Origin: Acidimicrobiales bacterium
GTDB lineage: Bacteria; Actinomycetota; Acidimicrobiia; Acidimicrobiales; VFJN01
Assembly (NCBI GenBank): GCA_035697515.1
Contig: DASSCS010000134.1
Span: 15,286-79,285 of the forward strand
Length of the DNA stretch: 64,000 bases
Direction of reading: 5' to 3'
Shown: one piece after another, positions 37,506 through 47,576 of the stretch
Position numbering within the stretch: the stretch's first letter is position 1
How the letters are laid out: the number at the start of each line of letters is the position of its first letter
The notes under the pieces: generated by a model
Told to the model about the DNA's origin: nothing
Database searches by the model: none
What the model saw: only the letters and a program-made list of their open reading frames with translations
Program-made: the position numbers and the translations under genes

Positions 37506-40424
37506 GTGGGTGACGAACCGGACGGCGAGGGCGGCGGCGTGCAGGTGCGCATCGACCTGCTCGGCCCGTTGCACCTGGTGGTCGAGGGCACGCCGGTCGA
37601 GGTGCCGGGGCCGCGCCGGCGGGCGGTGCTCGCCCTGCTCGCCATGGCCGGGGGCCGGGTGGTGAGCACCGACCGGCTGCTCGACGCGCTGTGGCCCGCC
37701 GAGCCGCCCGACTCGGGCCGTCGCACCCTCCACAGCCACATCTCGCGCCTGCGGGGCCACCTCGGCCCGGCTGCCGGCCGGCTGGTGCGCGACGGCAACG
37801 GCTACCGCCTCGACCTGCGCGCCGGCGAGCTCGACGTGGCCGAGGCCCGCACCGCCGAAGGGCCCGCTGCCGCGCTGGCGCTGTGGCGCGGCGTCGCGCT
37901 CGACGAGTTCGCCGACGTGGCGCCCCTCGCCGCCGACGCGGCCGCCCTCGCCGAGCTCCGGCGCGACCTGACCGACGACTGGCTGGCACAGCGGCTCGGC
38001 GCGGTCGTGGCCGCGGGCGCCGCGGACGACCGCGAGCTGGTGGTCGACGCCGCGCGGGCGGCAGCCGAGGAGCCACTGCGCGACCGCACCCACGCGCTGC
38101 TGGTCAGGGCGCTCGCCGCCGCCGGGCGCCAGGCCGAGGCCCTGCGAGCCGCCCACGAGTTCCGACGCCGGCTCGCGGACGAGACCGGGCTCGACCCCGG
38201 CCCCGACCTCGAAGCGGCCGAGCAGGAGGCTGCGGTCGGCGTGCTCACGCCGGCCAGGCCGGCGGGCGCGGCCACACCCCGGCCGCGCCCGGCCTCCCCG
38301 CTGGTGGGGCGTGAGCACGAACTGGGTGTGCTCCGCCGCCGGGTCGCCGAGGAACGGCTGGTCACGGTGGTCGGCCCCGGCGGGGTGGGCAAGACCCGCC
38401 TGGCGCTCGAGGCGGCCGCGGTGGCCGCCGAGTCGGGCCGGGCCGTCACGGTGGTGGAGCTGACCTCGGTGCAGGACGAGCATCGGGTCCCAGCCGCGCT
38501 CAGCGGCGCCCTCGGTCTACGCGCCCGGCGCGACGACGAGGTGCTGGCCGCCGCGTGCGACGCCCTGGCCAGCGGCGACCCGGTGCTGGTGCTCGACAAC
38601 TGCGAGCACGTCGTCGAACCGGTCCGCGATATCGCCGCCGCGCTCATCGCGGCCTGCCCGGGCCTGACCGTGCTGGCGACGTCCCGCGAGCCGCTGGGCC
38701 TGACCGCCGAGCACCTGCTGCGCCTCGGCCCGCTGCCCGTGCCCGAACAGGGCACCGCGGACGTGACCGGCGTGCCCGCGGTCGAGGCCTTCCTCGCGCA
38801 TGCCCGCCGGCGCCAGCCCGACCTGGTGCTCTCGCGCGATGACGCCGCGCTGGTGGGCGATGTCGTGCGGCGGCTCGACGGCCTGCCGCTGGCACTCGAG
38901 CTGGCCGCGGGCCGGCTGGGCACCCTGTCGCTGGTCGACCTGCAGGCCCGCCTGGACCGGGCGCTCGACCTGTTCTCGGCCGGGCGGCGCAGCGCCGATG
39001 CCCGCCACCGCTCCCTGCGCGACGCGATCGACTGGTCGTACCGGGCCCTCGACGACGACGAGGCCGCACTGCTGTGCGCCGTCGGGGCCTTCCCCGGCGG
39101 CGTCGACCTGGCCACCGCCGAGCGACTGGCCGACCGGGCGGGCATACGGACCGATCCCGCCGGGGCGGTGGCCCGCCTCGTCGACGTGTCGATGCTGGCC
39201 ACGGTGGACGGTGCGCGTGCGGGGCGCCGCTACCGGGCCCTCGAGACCGTCCGGGCCTTCACGCTCGACCAGCTCGACGCCACCGGCCGCCGGCACCACG
39301 CCGAGTCCGAGCTGGTGGCGTGGGCGGTCGACCTTACGGACGAGATCGACCGGCTCACCACCGGACCCGACGAGCCCGCCGCCGACGCCCGGGCCCGCGC
39401 CGAGCTGGCCAACCTCGGCGCCGCCTGGGACGTGGCCGGGCGCCACGACGACCTCGATGCCCGGGTGGCGATGCTGCTGAAGATCGACACATTCACCACC
39501 TACCGCGACCTGCACGAGCTGTCCGGCTGGGCGCTCGAGCTGGCGGGCGACCCCGCCGTCGACGGCCATCCCCGCCGGGCGGAGGTCGAGGGCGCCGCGG
39601 CCCGGGCGGCCTGGCGGCGGGGCGAGCTGGACCTGGCCCTGCGGCTGGCGCAGGCAGCCATCGACCACGCCGGCGAGCCCGCCGCAGCGGCACGGGCCCT
39701 CGAGGCGCGGGCCACGGTCGCCCTGTTCCGGGGCGATCCCCTGGGCGCCTGCGAGGACTTCCTGGCGGCGGCCGAGGCGCACGGCGGGGCACGCGGCATG
39801 CTGGCCCTCGGGCCCGCGGCCCTCGGCGCGGCCTACGGCGGTGACGTCCCCCGTGCCCGAGCCCTGCTCGACCGGGTGTTCGCCTCCAGTGGCGGGGCCC
39901 GCGCCCCCTCCCCCCAGGCGTTCGGCCACTACACCGCGGCCGAGATCGAGGCCGCCGCAGATCCCGAGCTCGCTGCCGAGCTGTACGGCCGGGCCATCGA
40001 GCTGGCCCGGCCGGCGGGCGCGTCGTTCATCGAGGGCGTGGCCTCGGTCGGCCTCGTGCGCCTCTGGACGGCAGGCGGCCGCACCCGCCAGGCGCTCGAG
40101 GGCTATCGCACGCTGCTGACCGGCTGGCGGCGGTCGGGCCACTGGACCCAGACGTGGACGACGCTGCGCAACCTGGCGGTGCTCCTCGCCGGGCGAGGCC
40201 AGCCCGGGGCGGCGGCCCTGCTCGTCGCCGCCGCCGACGCCGCGCCCGAGGCGGCGAGCATCTCGGTCGACTCGGTGGCCGCCGAGCTGGCCGAGGTGGA
40301 CGAGCGGGCTGCGGCCGAGCTCGGGCCCGAGCGCCTGGCCGCGGTGCGGGTGGAGGCGGGCCGGCTGGCGCGCACCGAGGTGGTCGACGCGGCCCTCCTC
40401 GCCATCGACCGGGCCCTCGGCTGA
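37506..40424 (+). CDS. AfsR/SARP-type regulator (wHTH-BTAD-ATPase-TPR)
   Basis: IDLLGPL, LHSHISRLR, EPLRDR, GLDPGP, Walker A GPGGVGKT, LVLDNCEH, LATSREPL, LDGLPLALELAA. Confidence 0.9.
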   Translation: MGDEPDGEGGGVQVRIDLLGPLHLVVEGTPVEVPGPRRRAVLALLAMAGGRVVSTDRLLDALWPAEPPDSGRRTLHSHISRLRGHLGPAAGRLVRDGNGYRLDLRAGELDVAEARTAEGPAAALALWRGVALDEFADVAPLAADAAALAELRRDLTDDWLAQRLGAVVAAGAADDRELVVDAARAAAEEPLRDRTHALLVRALAAAGRQAEALRAAHEFRRRLADETGLDPGPDLEAAEQEAAVGVLTPARPAGAATPRPRPASPLVGREHELGVLRRRVAEERLVTVVGPGGVGKTRLALEAAAVAAESGRAVTVVELTSVQDEHRVPAALSGALGLRARRDDEVLAAACDALASGDPVLVLDNCEHVVEPVRDIAAALIAACPGLTVLATSREPLGLTAEHLLRLGPLPVPEQGTADVTGVPAVEAFLAHARRRQPDLVLSRDDAALVGDVVRRLDGLPLALELAAGRLGTLSLVDLQARLDRALDLFSAGRRSADARHRSLRDAIDWSYRALDDDEAALLCAVGAFPGGVDLATAERLADRAGIRTDPAGAVARLVDVSMLATVDGARAGRRYRALETVRAFTLDQLDATGRRHHAESELVAWAVDLTDEIDRLTTGPDEPAADARARAELANLGAAWDVAGRHDDLDARVAMLLKIDTFTTYRDLHELSGWALELAGDPAVDGHPRRAEVEGAAARAAWRRGELDLALRLAQAAIDHAGEPAAAARALEARATVALFRGDPLGACEDFLAAAEAHGGARGMLALGPAALGAAYGGDVPRARALLDRVFASSGGARAPSPQAFGHYTAAEIEAAADPELAAELYGRAIELARPAGASFIEGVASVGLVRLWTAGGRTRQALEGYRTLLTGWRRSGHWTQTWTTLRNLAVLLAGRGQPGAAALLVAAADAAPEAASISVDSVAAELAEVDERAAAELGPERLAAVRVEAGRLARTEVVDAALLAIDRALG

Positions 40425-40543
40425 CGACTGGCGCCGAACCGCCTCCGCGCCACCCGCCCGATGTCGCCGGCGACCCCCGGGGACCCCTGCGGGCGCGCCA
40501 AACGCGTTCCTTGGTCGTCACACCCTGCCGGTACGTTGAGACG

Positions 40544-41536
40544 GTGATGCGCACCGATGCCGGCATGCCCGACCCGGCACCCGCCGACGACGCCGCCGCT
40601 GGCGAGCGCGGCGGCCCGCTCGTGCAGGGCAAGGCGCTGACCAAGCACTTCGGCGACGAGGTGGCGGTCGACGGCATCGACTTCACGGTGCAGCAGGGCG
40701 AGGTGTTCGGCTTCCTCGGTCCCAACGGCGCCGGCAAGACCACCACCATGCGCATGATCGCCTGCGTCTCCCCCATCACCGACGGCGAGCTCCGGGTGCT
40801 GGGCATGAACCCGGTGCACGACGGCGCGGCCATCAGGGCCCGCATCGGCGTGGTCCCCCAGGAGGACAACCTCGACACCGAGCTCACCGTCGCCGACAAC
40901 CTGCTCATCTACGGCCGCTACTTCGGGCTGCCGGTCTCGGTCATCCGCGAGCGGGTGACCGAGCTGCTGGCCTTCGCCCGCCTCGACGACCGGCGCGACT
41001 CGCGGGTCGACCCGCTGTCGGGGGGCATGAAGCGCCGCCTCACCATCGCGCGGGCGCTCGTCAACCGGCCCGAGCTGCTCTTGCTCGACGAGCCCACCAC
41101 CGGCCTCGATCCCCAGGCGCGCCACCTGCTGTGGGAGCGCCTCTACCGGCTCAAGCGCGAGGGCGTCACCCAGGTGCTGACCACGCACTACATGGAAGAG
41201 GCGGAACAGCTCTGCGACCGCCTCGTCATCATGGACGGGGGGCGCATCGTGGCCGAGGGATCGCCTCGCCAGCTCATCGAGCGGCACTCCACGCGCGAGG
41301 TGGTCGAGCTGCGGTTCGCGTCGCCCGAGCAGCACGACGCGGCCCTTCCCCTCCTGGCGGGGGTGGGCGAGCGGGTCGAGCCCGTGGCCGACCGCGTGCT
41401 CATCTACACCGCGCACGGCGACGACACAGTGGCGCACGTCAGCCGGCGGGGCATCCACCCCGATTCGGTGCTGGTGCGCCGGGGCTCGCTCGAGGACGTG
41501 TTCCTGCTGCTCACCGGGCGTTCGCTCGATGAGTGA
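40544..41536 (+). CDS. ABC ATP-binding protein, NodI-like
   Basis: GPNGAGKTT, GVVPQEDNLD, LSGGMKRRLTIARAL, LTTHYMEEAEQLCD. Confidence 0.9.
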   Translation: MMRTDAGMPDPAPADDAAAGERGGPLVQGKALTKHFGDEVAVDGIDFTVQQGEVFGFLGPNGAGKTTTMRMIACVSPITDGELRVLGMNPVHDGAAIRARIGVVPQEDNLDTELTVADNLLIYGRYFGLPVSVIRERVTELLAFARLDDRRDSRVDPLSGGMKRRLTIARALVNRPELLLLDEPTTGLDPQARHLLWERLYRLKREGVTQVLTTHYMEEAEQLCDRLVIMDGGRIVAEGSPRQLIERHSTREVVELRFASPEQHDAALPLLAGVGERVEPVADRVLIYTAHGDDTVAHVSRRGIHPDSVLVRRGSLEDVFLLLTGRSLDE

Positions 41537-42317
41537 TCTCGTCGCGCCCGGCCGGGGCGTGCTGCGGGTGACCGAGCGCGAGGCCCGGGTCTGGCGCCGC
41601 TTCTGGCACACGTCCGTGCTCACGGGCGTGCTCATGCCGCTGCTGTTCGTGGGGGCCATCGGCGGCGGCCTGGGCGACCTGGTCGACCAGAACCGGGGCA
41701 CGGTCGAGGGCGTCAGCTACCTGGTGTTCGTCACGCCAGGCATCCTGTGCGCCACGGGCCTGCAGGCGGCGACGGGCAGCTCGCTGTGGCCCGTCATGGG
41801 GGGCCTCAAGTGGACGCGCACCTTCCACGCCGCCGCGGCCACGCCGGTGTCGCCCGCGCAGGTGTACCTGGGCTACGTGGGGTGGATCGGCGCCCGGCTC
41901 GCCCTCAACGCCACCCTGTTCGTGCTGGTCGCGGCCCTGCTCGGCGCGATTCCCTCGGCGTGGGGCGTGCTCGCCGTGCCGGCAGCGGTGATGGGCGGCC
42001 TGGCCTTCGCCGCCCCCGTGTGCGCCTTCTCGGCTGCGCAGGACTCCGACCTCATCTTCACCACCATCTTCCGGGTGGTGGTCATGCCCATGTTCCTGTT
42101 CTCGGGAACGTTCTTCCCCGTCGAGCAGCTCCCGGACGCGGTCGAGCCACTGGCCAGGCTCCTGCCGCTGTGGCACGCCGTCGAGCTGTGCCGGGGGGCC
42201 ACCACGGGCACGCTGGGCCTGGTCGACGGCGTCGTCCACGGCGCCGTGCTGGCGGGCTACGTCGTGGCGGGTGCGTGGGTCGGCACCCGCGTCTTCGCCT
42301 CGAAGCTGGCGGCGTGA
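41529..42317 (+). CDS. ABC-2 permease, NodJ-like
   Basis: MPMFLFSGTFFPVEQLP, LPLWHAVEL. Confidence 0.88.
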   Translation: MSDLVAPGRGVLRVTEREARVWRRFWHTSVLTGVLMPLLFVGAIGGGLGDLVDQNRGTVEGVSYLVFVTPGILCATGLQAATGSSLWPVMGGLKWTRTFHAAAATPVSPAQVYLGYVGWIGARLALNATLFVLVAALLGAIPSAWGVLAVPAAVMGGLAFAAPVCAFSAAQDSDLIFTTIFRVVVMPMFLFSGTFFPVEQLPDAVEPLARLLPLWHAVELCRGATTGTLGLVDGVVHGAVLAGYVVAGAWVGTRVFASKLAA

Positions 42318-42321
42318 GGGC

Positions 42322-43110
42322 ATGACGGCCACCCTCGCCCTCGTCGGGACCCGCCGGGCCCTCCGGGTGGTCGAGCGCAACGGGCGCTCGTACATGCGGC
42401 AGTGGCCGGCGTTCGTCAGCGGCTTCGCCGAGCCCATCCTCTACCTGCTGTCCATCGGCATCGGGGTGGGCGAGCTGGTCGGCCAGGTGCGGGCGCCGAG
42501 CGGGCAGATGGTCGACTACGAGCAGTTCGTCGCGCCGGCGATGATGGCCGTGGCTGCCATGAACGGGTGCGTCTTCGACACCACCATCGGCTTCTTCTTC
42601 AAGACCAAGTACGCCCACACCTACGACGGCATGCTGGCCACGCCCCTGGGGGTACCCGACGTCGTGCGGGGCGAGCTGACCTGGGCGCTCGGGCACGGCG
42701 TCGTCAACGCGATCGTGTTCCTGGTCACCATGGCGGCGCTCGGCCTGATGCCGTCGGCGTGGGGCCTGCTGGCCGTGCCGGGCGCGGCGCTGGTCGGGTT
42801 CGGGTTCGGCGGGGCCGGGCTCGGTCTCACCACCTACATGCGGTCGTGGTTCGACTTCGACTACATCCAGATCGCCCTCGTGCCGCTGTTCCTGTTCTCG
42901 GCCACGTTCTTCCCCATCGACCAGTACCCCGACGCCGTGGCGTGGCTCGTGCGCGTCAGCCCGCTCTACCAGGGCGTCGCACTGCAGCGGGCACTCGTGC
43001 TGGGCGACCTGTCGCCGGTGCTGCTGCTGCACGTCGCCTATCTGGCGGCCATGGGCGGGTTCGGTCTGAGCGTGGCGGGCCGCCGCCTGGGCCGCATGCT
43101 CCAGCCCTGA
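42322..43110 (+). CDS. ABC-2 permease, NodJ-like
   Basis: EPILYLLSIG, YDGMLATP, PLFLFSATFFP. Confidence 0.88.
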   Translation: MTATLALVGTRRALRVVERNGRSYMRQWPAFVSGFAEPILYLLSIGIGVGELVGQVRAPSGQMVDYEQFVAPAMMAVAAMNGCVFDTTIGFFFKTKYAHTYDGMLATPLGVPDVVRGELTWALGHGVVNAIVFLVTMAALGLMPSAWGLLAVPGAALVGFGFGGAGLGLTTYMRSWFDFDYIQIALVPLFLFSATFFPIDQYPDAVAWLVRVSPLYQGVALQRALVLGDLSPVLLLHVAYLAAMGGFGLSVAGRRLGRMLQP

Positions 43111-43244
43111 GCGTCCCTCCCGCGTCCTCCTCGCCGCAACGGCCGTCCCGGCGACCGGCATCGAGGGGCCGAACGCCCGGCGGCGCCCAGCCCCGCCGGG
43201 CGAACCGGGTGGTGCCGGCGCGACCGTGGCGGCAGGCTGGGGCG

Positions 43245-43661
43245 ATGCCCGCGTCCGACGGCGACCTCACGACCGCTCGCGGCCTGACGCTGCCCGCCGC
43301 GGCCATCGACGAGCGGTTCGCGCGCGGCTCGGGGCCGGGCGGGCAGCACCGCAACGTGACGGCCTCGGCCGTCGAGCTGGTGGCCGACCTCAACGCCCTC
43401 CACGGCCCGGGCGCCGACCGCGTGCGATCGATGCTCGGCGAGTTGGTGCGAGTCAAGGCCGACGACTCGCGCTCGCAGTGGCGCAACCGCAGCATCGCCC
43501 GCGACCGCCTCGTCGAGCTGATCGACGCCGCCGCGGTGCCCGTCGCGCCGCGCCGCCCGACCCGGCCGTCACGCCGCGCCCGCCAGCGCCGCCTCGACGA
43601 CAAGAGCCGCGCCTCGGCCCGCAAGCGCGACCGCTCCTGGCGTCCGGGGGACGAGACCTGA
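43245..43661 (+). CDS. arfB: Alternative ribosome-rescue factor B (peptidyl-tRNA hydrolase)
   Basis: RGSGPGGQH (GGQ), RSQWRNR, basic tail RRPTRPSRRARQRRLDDK. Confidence 0.88.
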   Translation: MPASDGDLTTARGLTLPAAAIDERFARGSGPGGQHRNVTASAVELVADLNALHGPGADRVRSMLGELVRVKADDSRSQWRNRSIARDRLVELIDAAAVPVAPRRPTRPSRRARQRRLDDKSRASARKRDRSWRPGDET

Positions 43662-43778
43662 ACCCGCGGCTCGCGCACTCGCCTTCTCCCCACAGAAACG
43701 GCCGCCCCAGCGACCGGACTCGCAGGCGAATGTCGAGGGATCCTCGCCGGTCCACCGTTCGCCCCCACAACGGCCGGC

Positions 43779-43830
43779 GCCACCGTGGCGGACGCCCACA
43801 CGCCGAGGGGGCGTCCGCCAGGGCGGTGGC
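43779..43830. terminator. Long hairpin between the convergent arfB and MMPL genes
   Basis: Perfect 12-bp stem tggcggacgccc/gggcgtccgcca plus outer gccaccg/cggtggc. Confidence 0.55.
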
Positions 43831-43846
43831 CTCACGGCAGGCGGCG

Positions 43847-46060
43847 TCAGCCCACGTGCTCGGGCTCGGGTCGGCCGACGCCGGGGGGCTCCCGCCCGTC
43901 GCCGGACGGGCCGACACCGCCGGCACGGTCGTCCTCGACCGGCTCGACGTGCACGACCGGGAGCAGCCGGTCGAGCCAGCCGGGCAGCCACCAGTTGCGG
44001 TCGCCGAGCAGCTCCATCGTGGCCGGCACCAGCACCAGCCGCACCACGGTGGCGTCGAGCAGCACCGCGATGGCCAGGCCCAGGCCGAACACCTTGAGCG
44101 ACCGGTCCGAGCCCAGCACGAACGCCCCGAAGACGCAGAACATGATCGCGGCCGCCGCGGTGATGACCCGGGCGGTGGCGGCCAGGCCGTTGGCCACGGC
44201 CGTGGCGTTGTCGCCGCTGCGGTCGTACTCCTCGCGGATGCGGGAGAGCAGGAACACCTCGTAGTCCATCGACAGGCCGAAGATCACGGCGAAGAGCATC
44301 ATCGGCACCCACGCGTCGATGGGGCCCTCCTTGCCGACGCCGAACAGCCCCAGACCCCAGCCCCACTGGAACACCGCCACCATCACGCCGTAGGCGGCAC
44401 CCACCGACAGCAGGTTCATGATCACTGCCTTCAGCGGCACCAGCAGGCTGCGGAACACAACCATGAGCAGCAGGAACGACATGACCAGCACCGCGGCGAT
44501 GAACCAGGGCAGCCGGTCGGCGGTGTACTCCGAGAAGTCGACGACCGAGGCCGTGGCCCCGCCGAGCGCCACGGTGGTGGGCGAGTCGCCCACCGCGGCG
44601 GGGATCACGTCGTCGCGCAGGGTGTGGACCAGCGTCTCGGTGTCCTCGTCCTGGGGCGAGCCCTCGGGGACGATGGGGACGATGGCGGCGTCGCCGTCCT
44701 CGTTGGGGATGGGCGGTGCGGCCTCGGCCACGCCGGGCGTCTCGGCCGCAGAGGCCGACAGCCCGGCCAGCATGTCGAGGTCGATCTCACCGTCCTGCGC
44801 CTCGGCCACCAGCAGCAGCGGGCCGTTGGCGCCCGGGCCGAAGCCCTCGGCGATCAGGTCGTAGGCGCGCCGGTTCGTGTCGGAGCTGGGCAGGTTGCCC
44901 TGGTCGCCGAAGCCGAGGCGGATGCCCAGCACGGGCACCGCCAGCACGAGCAGCAGGGCGGCGCCCACCATGAGCGCCGGCCAGGGGCGGTGCTGGATGA
45001 CCCGGCTCCACCGGTACCAGACCGAGCGGTGGTCGGCACCCTCCTCGCGCCGCCGGTGCGGCAGGCCGAGGCGGTCGATGTTGGTGCCGACGAAGCCGAG
45101 CACGGCCGGCAGCAGCGTCAGCGAGGCGAGCATCGTCATGAGCACGCCGATGGAGATGCCGACGGCGAGGCCCCGGATCATGTCCAGGCCCACGACGAAC
45201 ATGCCCATGACGGCGATGATCACGGTGGTGCCGGCGAACAGGACGGCCCGCCCGGCCGTGTCGATCGACCGCACCGTCGCGTCTTCCGGCCCCATGCCCG
45301 CGTGGAGCGACTCGCGGTAGCGGGTGACGATGAACAGCGCGTAGTCGATGCCCACGCCGATGCCGATCATGGCCACGGCCTGGTTCGAGAAGCTGGGCAT
45401 GCCGATGACGTTGACCGTCAGCCCCACCAGCGCGATGCCGGTGACGATGCCGAACACGGCCGTGAGCAGGGGAAGGCCGGCCGCCAGCAGCGAGCCGAAC
45501 GCCACCAGCAGGATGATCAGGGCGGCGATGAAGCCCAGCATCTCGCTCGAGAACTCGACCTCGGCCAGGAACGCGTCGCCGCCCAGCTCGATCGTGGTGC
45601 CGGGCACCTCGGTGCGGGCGACGAGGGCGCGGACGTCCTCGGAGATCGCGAGGTACTGGTCGCTGTCGCGGTCGTCGAGGTTCACCTCGGCGTACGCCAC
45701 CGTGCCGTCGTCGCTGATGAAGCGGGCACCCTCGGGCCCGTACGGGCTGATCACCTCGGCCGGGGCGACGATGGCCTCGACCTCGTCGAGCAGGTCCTCC
45801 ATCCCCTGCTGGACCTGGGGGTCGCGCACGTCGTCGGCCTCGAACACGACCTGGCCCGAGAAACCGGTGCGCGACTCGAAGCCGTGCTCGGCGAGCATGT
45901 CGTAGGCCTGCTGGCTCTCGGAGCCCGGCAGGTCGAAGTCGTCGAGGAACTCACCTCCGAAGGTGGAGTTGAGCGCGAACAGGCCGGCGAGCACGACGAT
46001 CCACGCACCGAGGACCGACCAGCGGCGCCGGTAACACGTCCGGCCGAGACGCTGGAGCAT
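43847..46060 (-). CDS. MMPL (RND-like) family transporter
   Basis: LPGSES, IGIGVGIDYALF, AGRAVLFAG, GLSMDYEVFL, TARVITAAA, LLGDRNWW. Confidence 0.93.
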   Translation of the reverse strand: MLQRLGRTCYRRRWSVLGAWIVVLAGLFALNSTFGGEFLDDFDLPGSESQQAYDMLAEHGFESRTGFSGQVVFEADDVRDPQVQQGMEDLLDEVEAIVAPAEVISPYGPEGARFISDDGTVAYAEVNLDDRDSDQYLAISEDVRALVARTEVPGTTIELGGDAFLAEVEFSSEMLGFIAALIILLVAFGSLLAAGLPLLTAVFGIVTGIALVGLTVNVIGMPSFSNQAVAMIGIGVGIDYALFIVTRYRESLHAGMGPEDATVRSIDTAGRAVLFAGTTVIIAVMGMFVVGLDMIRGLAVGISIGVLMTMLASLTLLPAVLGFVGTNIDRLGLPHRRREEGADHRSVWYRWSRVIQHRPWPALMVGAALLLVLAVPVLGIRLGFGDQGNLPSSDTNRRAYDLIAEGFGPGANGPLLLVAEAQDGEIDLDMLAGLSASAAETPGVAEAAPPIPNEDGDAAIVPIVPEGSPQDEDTETLVHTLRDDVIPAAVGDSPTTVALGGATASVVDFSEYTADRLPWFIAAVLVMSFLLLMVVFRSLLVPLKAVIMNLLSVGAAYGVMVAVFQWGWGLGLFGVGKEGPIDAWVPMMLFAVIFGLSMDYEVFLLSRIREEYDRSGDNATAVANGLAATARVITAAAAIMFCVFGAFVLGSDRSLKVFGLGLAIAVLLDATVVRLVLVPATMELLGDRNWWLPGWLDRLLPVVHVEPVEDDRAGGVGPSGDGREPPGVGRPEPEHVG

Positions 46061-46201
46061 GGGGGAACACCTCCGATGACGCGAAACGATAGGAACAGGC
46101 CCGGTGGTTGTCGCGGCGGAAGGGCGGGAATTACCTTAGGAACAGAGACTCTTAGCTACAAGTACTAATGCAGTGTCACGTGTCACACCCATCGAGGTCG
46201 G

Positions 46202-46693
46202 ATGACCGCCCCCAACCCGCGACCCTCCCGCGACCAGCTGCGCTTGGCCCTGCTGCACGCCGGCCGCGCCCTCGGCAACTCGTCGGCCATGCTCAGCCAC
46301 GCCTGCGCCGAGCGCCTCGGCCTGCACGCCACCGACTGGGAGTGCATCAACCTGCTCAACGAGGCGCTGCCGGACGCCCTCACCGCCGGGCGCCTCGCCG
46401 AGCTGACCGGGCTGTCGACCGGAGCGGTCACCGGGGTCATCGACCGGCTCGAGGCCGACGGCTTCGTCCGGCGCGAGCGCGACCCGGCCGACCGGCGCCG
46501 CGTGATCGTGCGCCTGGAGGAGGCGAAGATGGTCGAGGTCACGCCGCTGTTCGCCGGGATGATCGCCGACATGCTGACCCTGCAACAGGACTACAGCGAC
46601 GACGACCTGGCCAGACTCGCCGGGCTGCTCACCGCAGCCAGCGACATCCTGCGTCGTCACGCCCTGCTGCTGAGGGAGGAGTCGCGGCGCTGA
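46202..46693 (+). CDS. MarR family regulator
   Basis: LTAGRLAELTGLSTGAVTGVIDRLEADGFVRRERDPADRRRV. Confidence 0.92.
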   Translation: MTAPNPRPSRDQLRLALLHAGRALGNSSAMLSHACAERLGLHATDWECINLLNEALPDALTAGRLAELTGLSTGAVTGVIDRLEADGFVRRERDPADRRRVIVRLEEAKMVEVTPLFAGMIADMLTLQQDYSDDDLARLAGLLTAASDILRRHALLLREESRR

Positions 46694-46788
46694 CGGCGGT
46701 CCCTCCCGCCGAAGCCCGACTCGGCCGAGGCGGTGACGGCCTCCCGGTTCGGCCGCCGGCATGGGCCCGCGCCGAGCGGCCCTGCGGC

Positions 46789-47445
46789 TCAGACTTCGAA
46801 GTCGACCTGGAACTCGATGGTGTCCCAGCCGGCGTACTCATCGAATCCGAAGAACTCGACGGTGACCGTCTCCCCGGCATCGAAGCCGTCAGCGAAGCCG
46901 TTGAGGGTGGCGACGACCGTGCCGCCGCTGAACAGCGTCGCGGTCCAGCTGACGGTCTCCACGGCGCTTCCCGTGTTGGTCACCCTCGTGCGCATCACGA
47001 AGTCGCCGGTGAAGTCTTCGTTCACCTGTACGTCGGTGAACTCGTAGTGTCCCGCGGTGTAGAGCTCATCAGGTTCTGCGGCTGGCGCGGTCTCGTCGGT
47101 CGTCGCATCGGGCTCGGCGGCGCTGGCATCCGGCGCGTCGAGCGCTGCTTCCCGCTCGTCGAGCTCGGCCTCGCGTGCGTCCAACTCGTCCGCCCTCGCC
47201 TCGAGCTCGTCGAGATCCTCCTGGGGCACATCGCCGGCGACCGTGCGGGTCTCCGTCCTCCCCACCGCGGCGCCGACGCCGACCCCGATCAGCAGCGACG
47301 TGACGCCGACCGCTGCGTACGTGAGGACCGAACGGCGCCCGCGCTCCCCCTGGCTCGGAGCCTGCAGAGGGGGAGGTGGCGGAGGCGGCGGCAGGGGAAC
47401 GGGTGGCGACGTGGCGGCCGTGGTGGAGGAGGTCGTGTCGGCCAT
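46789..47445 (-). CDS. Membrane-anchored protein: Pro-rich N-terminus, one TM, short coiled coil, Ig-like (FxLYD-like) C-terminal domain
   Basis: VGVTSLLIGVGVGAAVG TM; DELEARADELDAREAELDEREAALD heptads; GAGGT RBS. Confidence 0.65.
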   Translation of the reverse strand: MADTTSSTTAATSPPVPLPPPPPPPPLQAPSQGERGRRSVLTYAAVGVTSLLIGVGVGAAVGRTETRTVAGDVPQEDLDELEARADELDAREAELDEREAALDAPDASAAEPDATTDETAPAAEPDELYTAGHYEFTDVQVNEDFTGDFVMRTRVTNTGSAVETVSWTATLFSGGTVVATLNGFADGFDAGETVTVEFFGFDEYAGWDTIEFQVDFEV

Positions 47446-47576
47446 CGGCGCACCTCGCCTTTCGCTCGACCCTCACTGTGAGCCACTCCACCGGTGCCAG
47501 GTAGGGCTAGAGGTCACGAATACGCCACGGTCACGCATCATCCGGTCTGGCCGACGGCAGGCCCGCGCGCCTCGGG

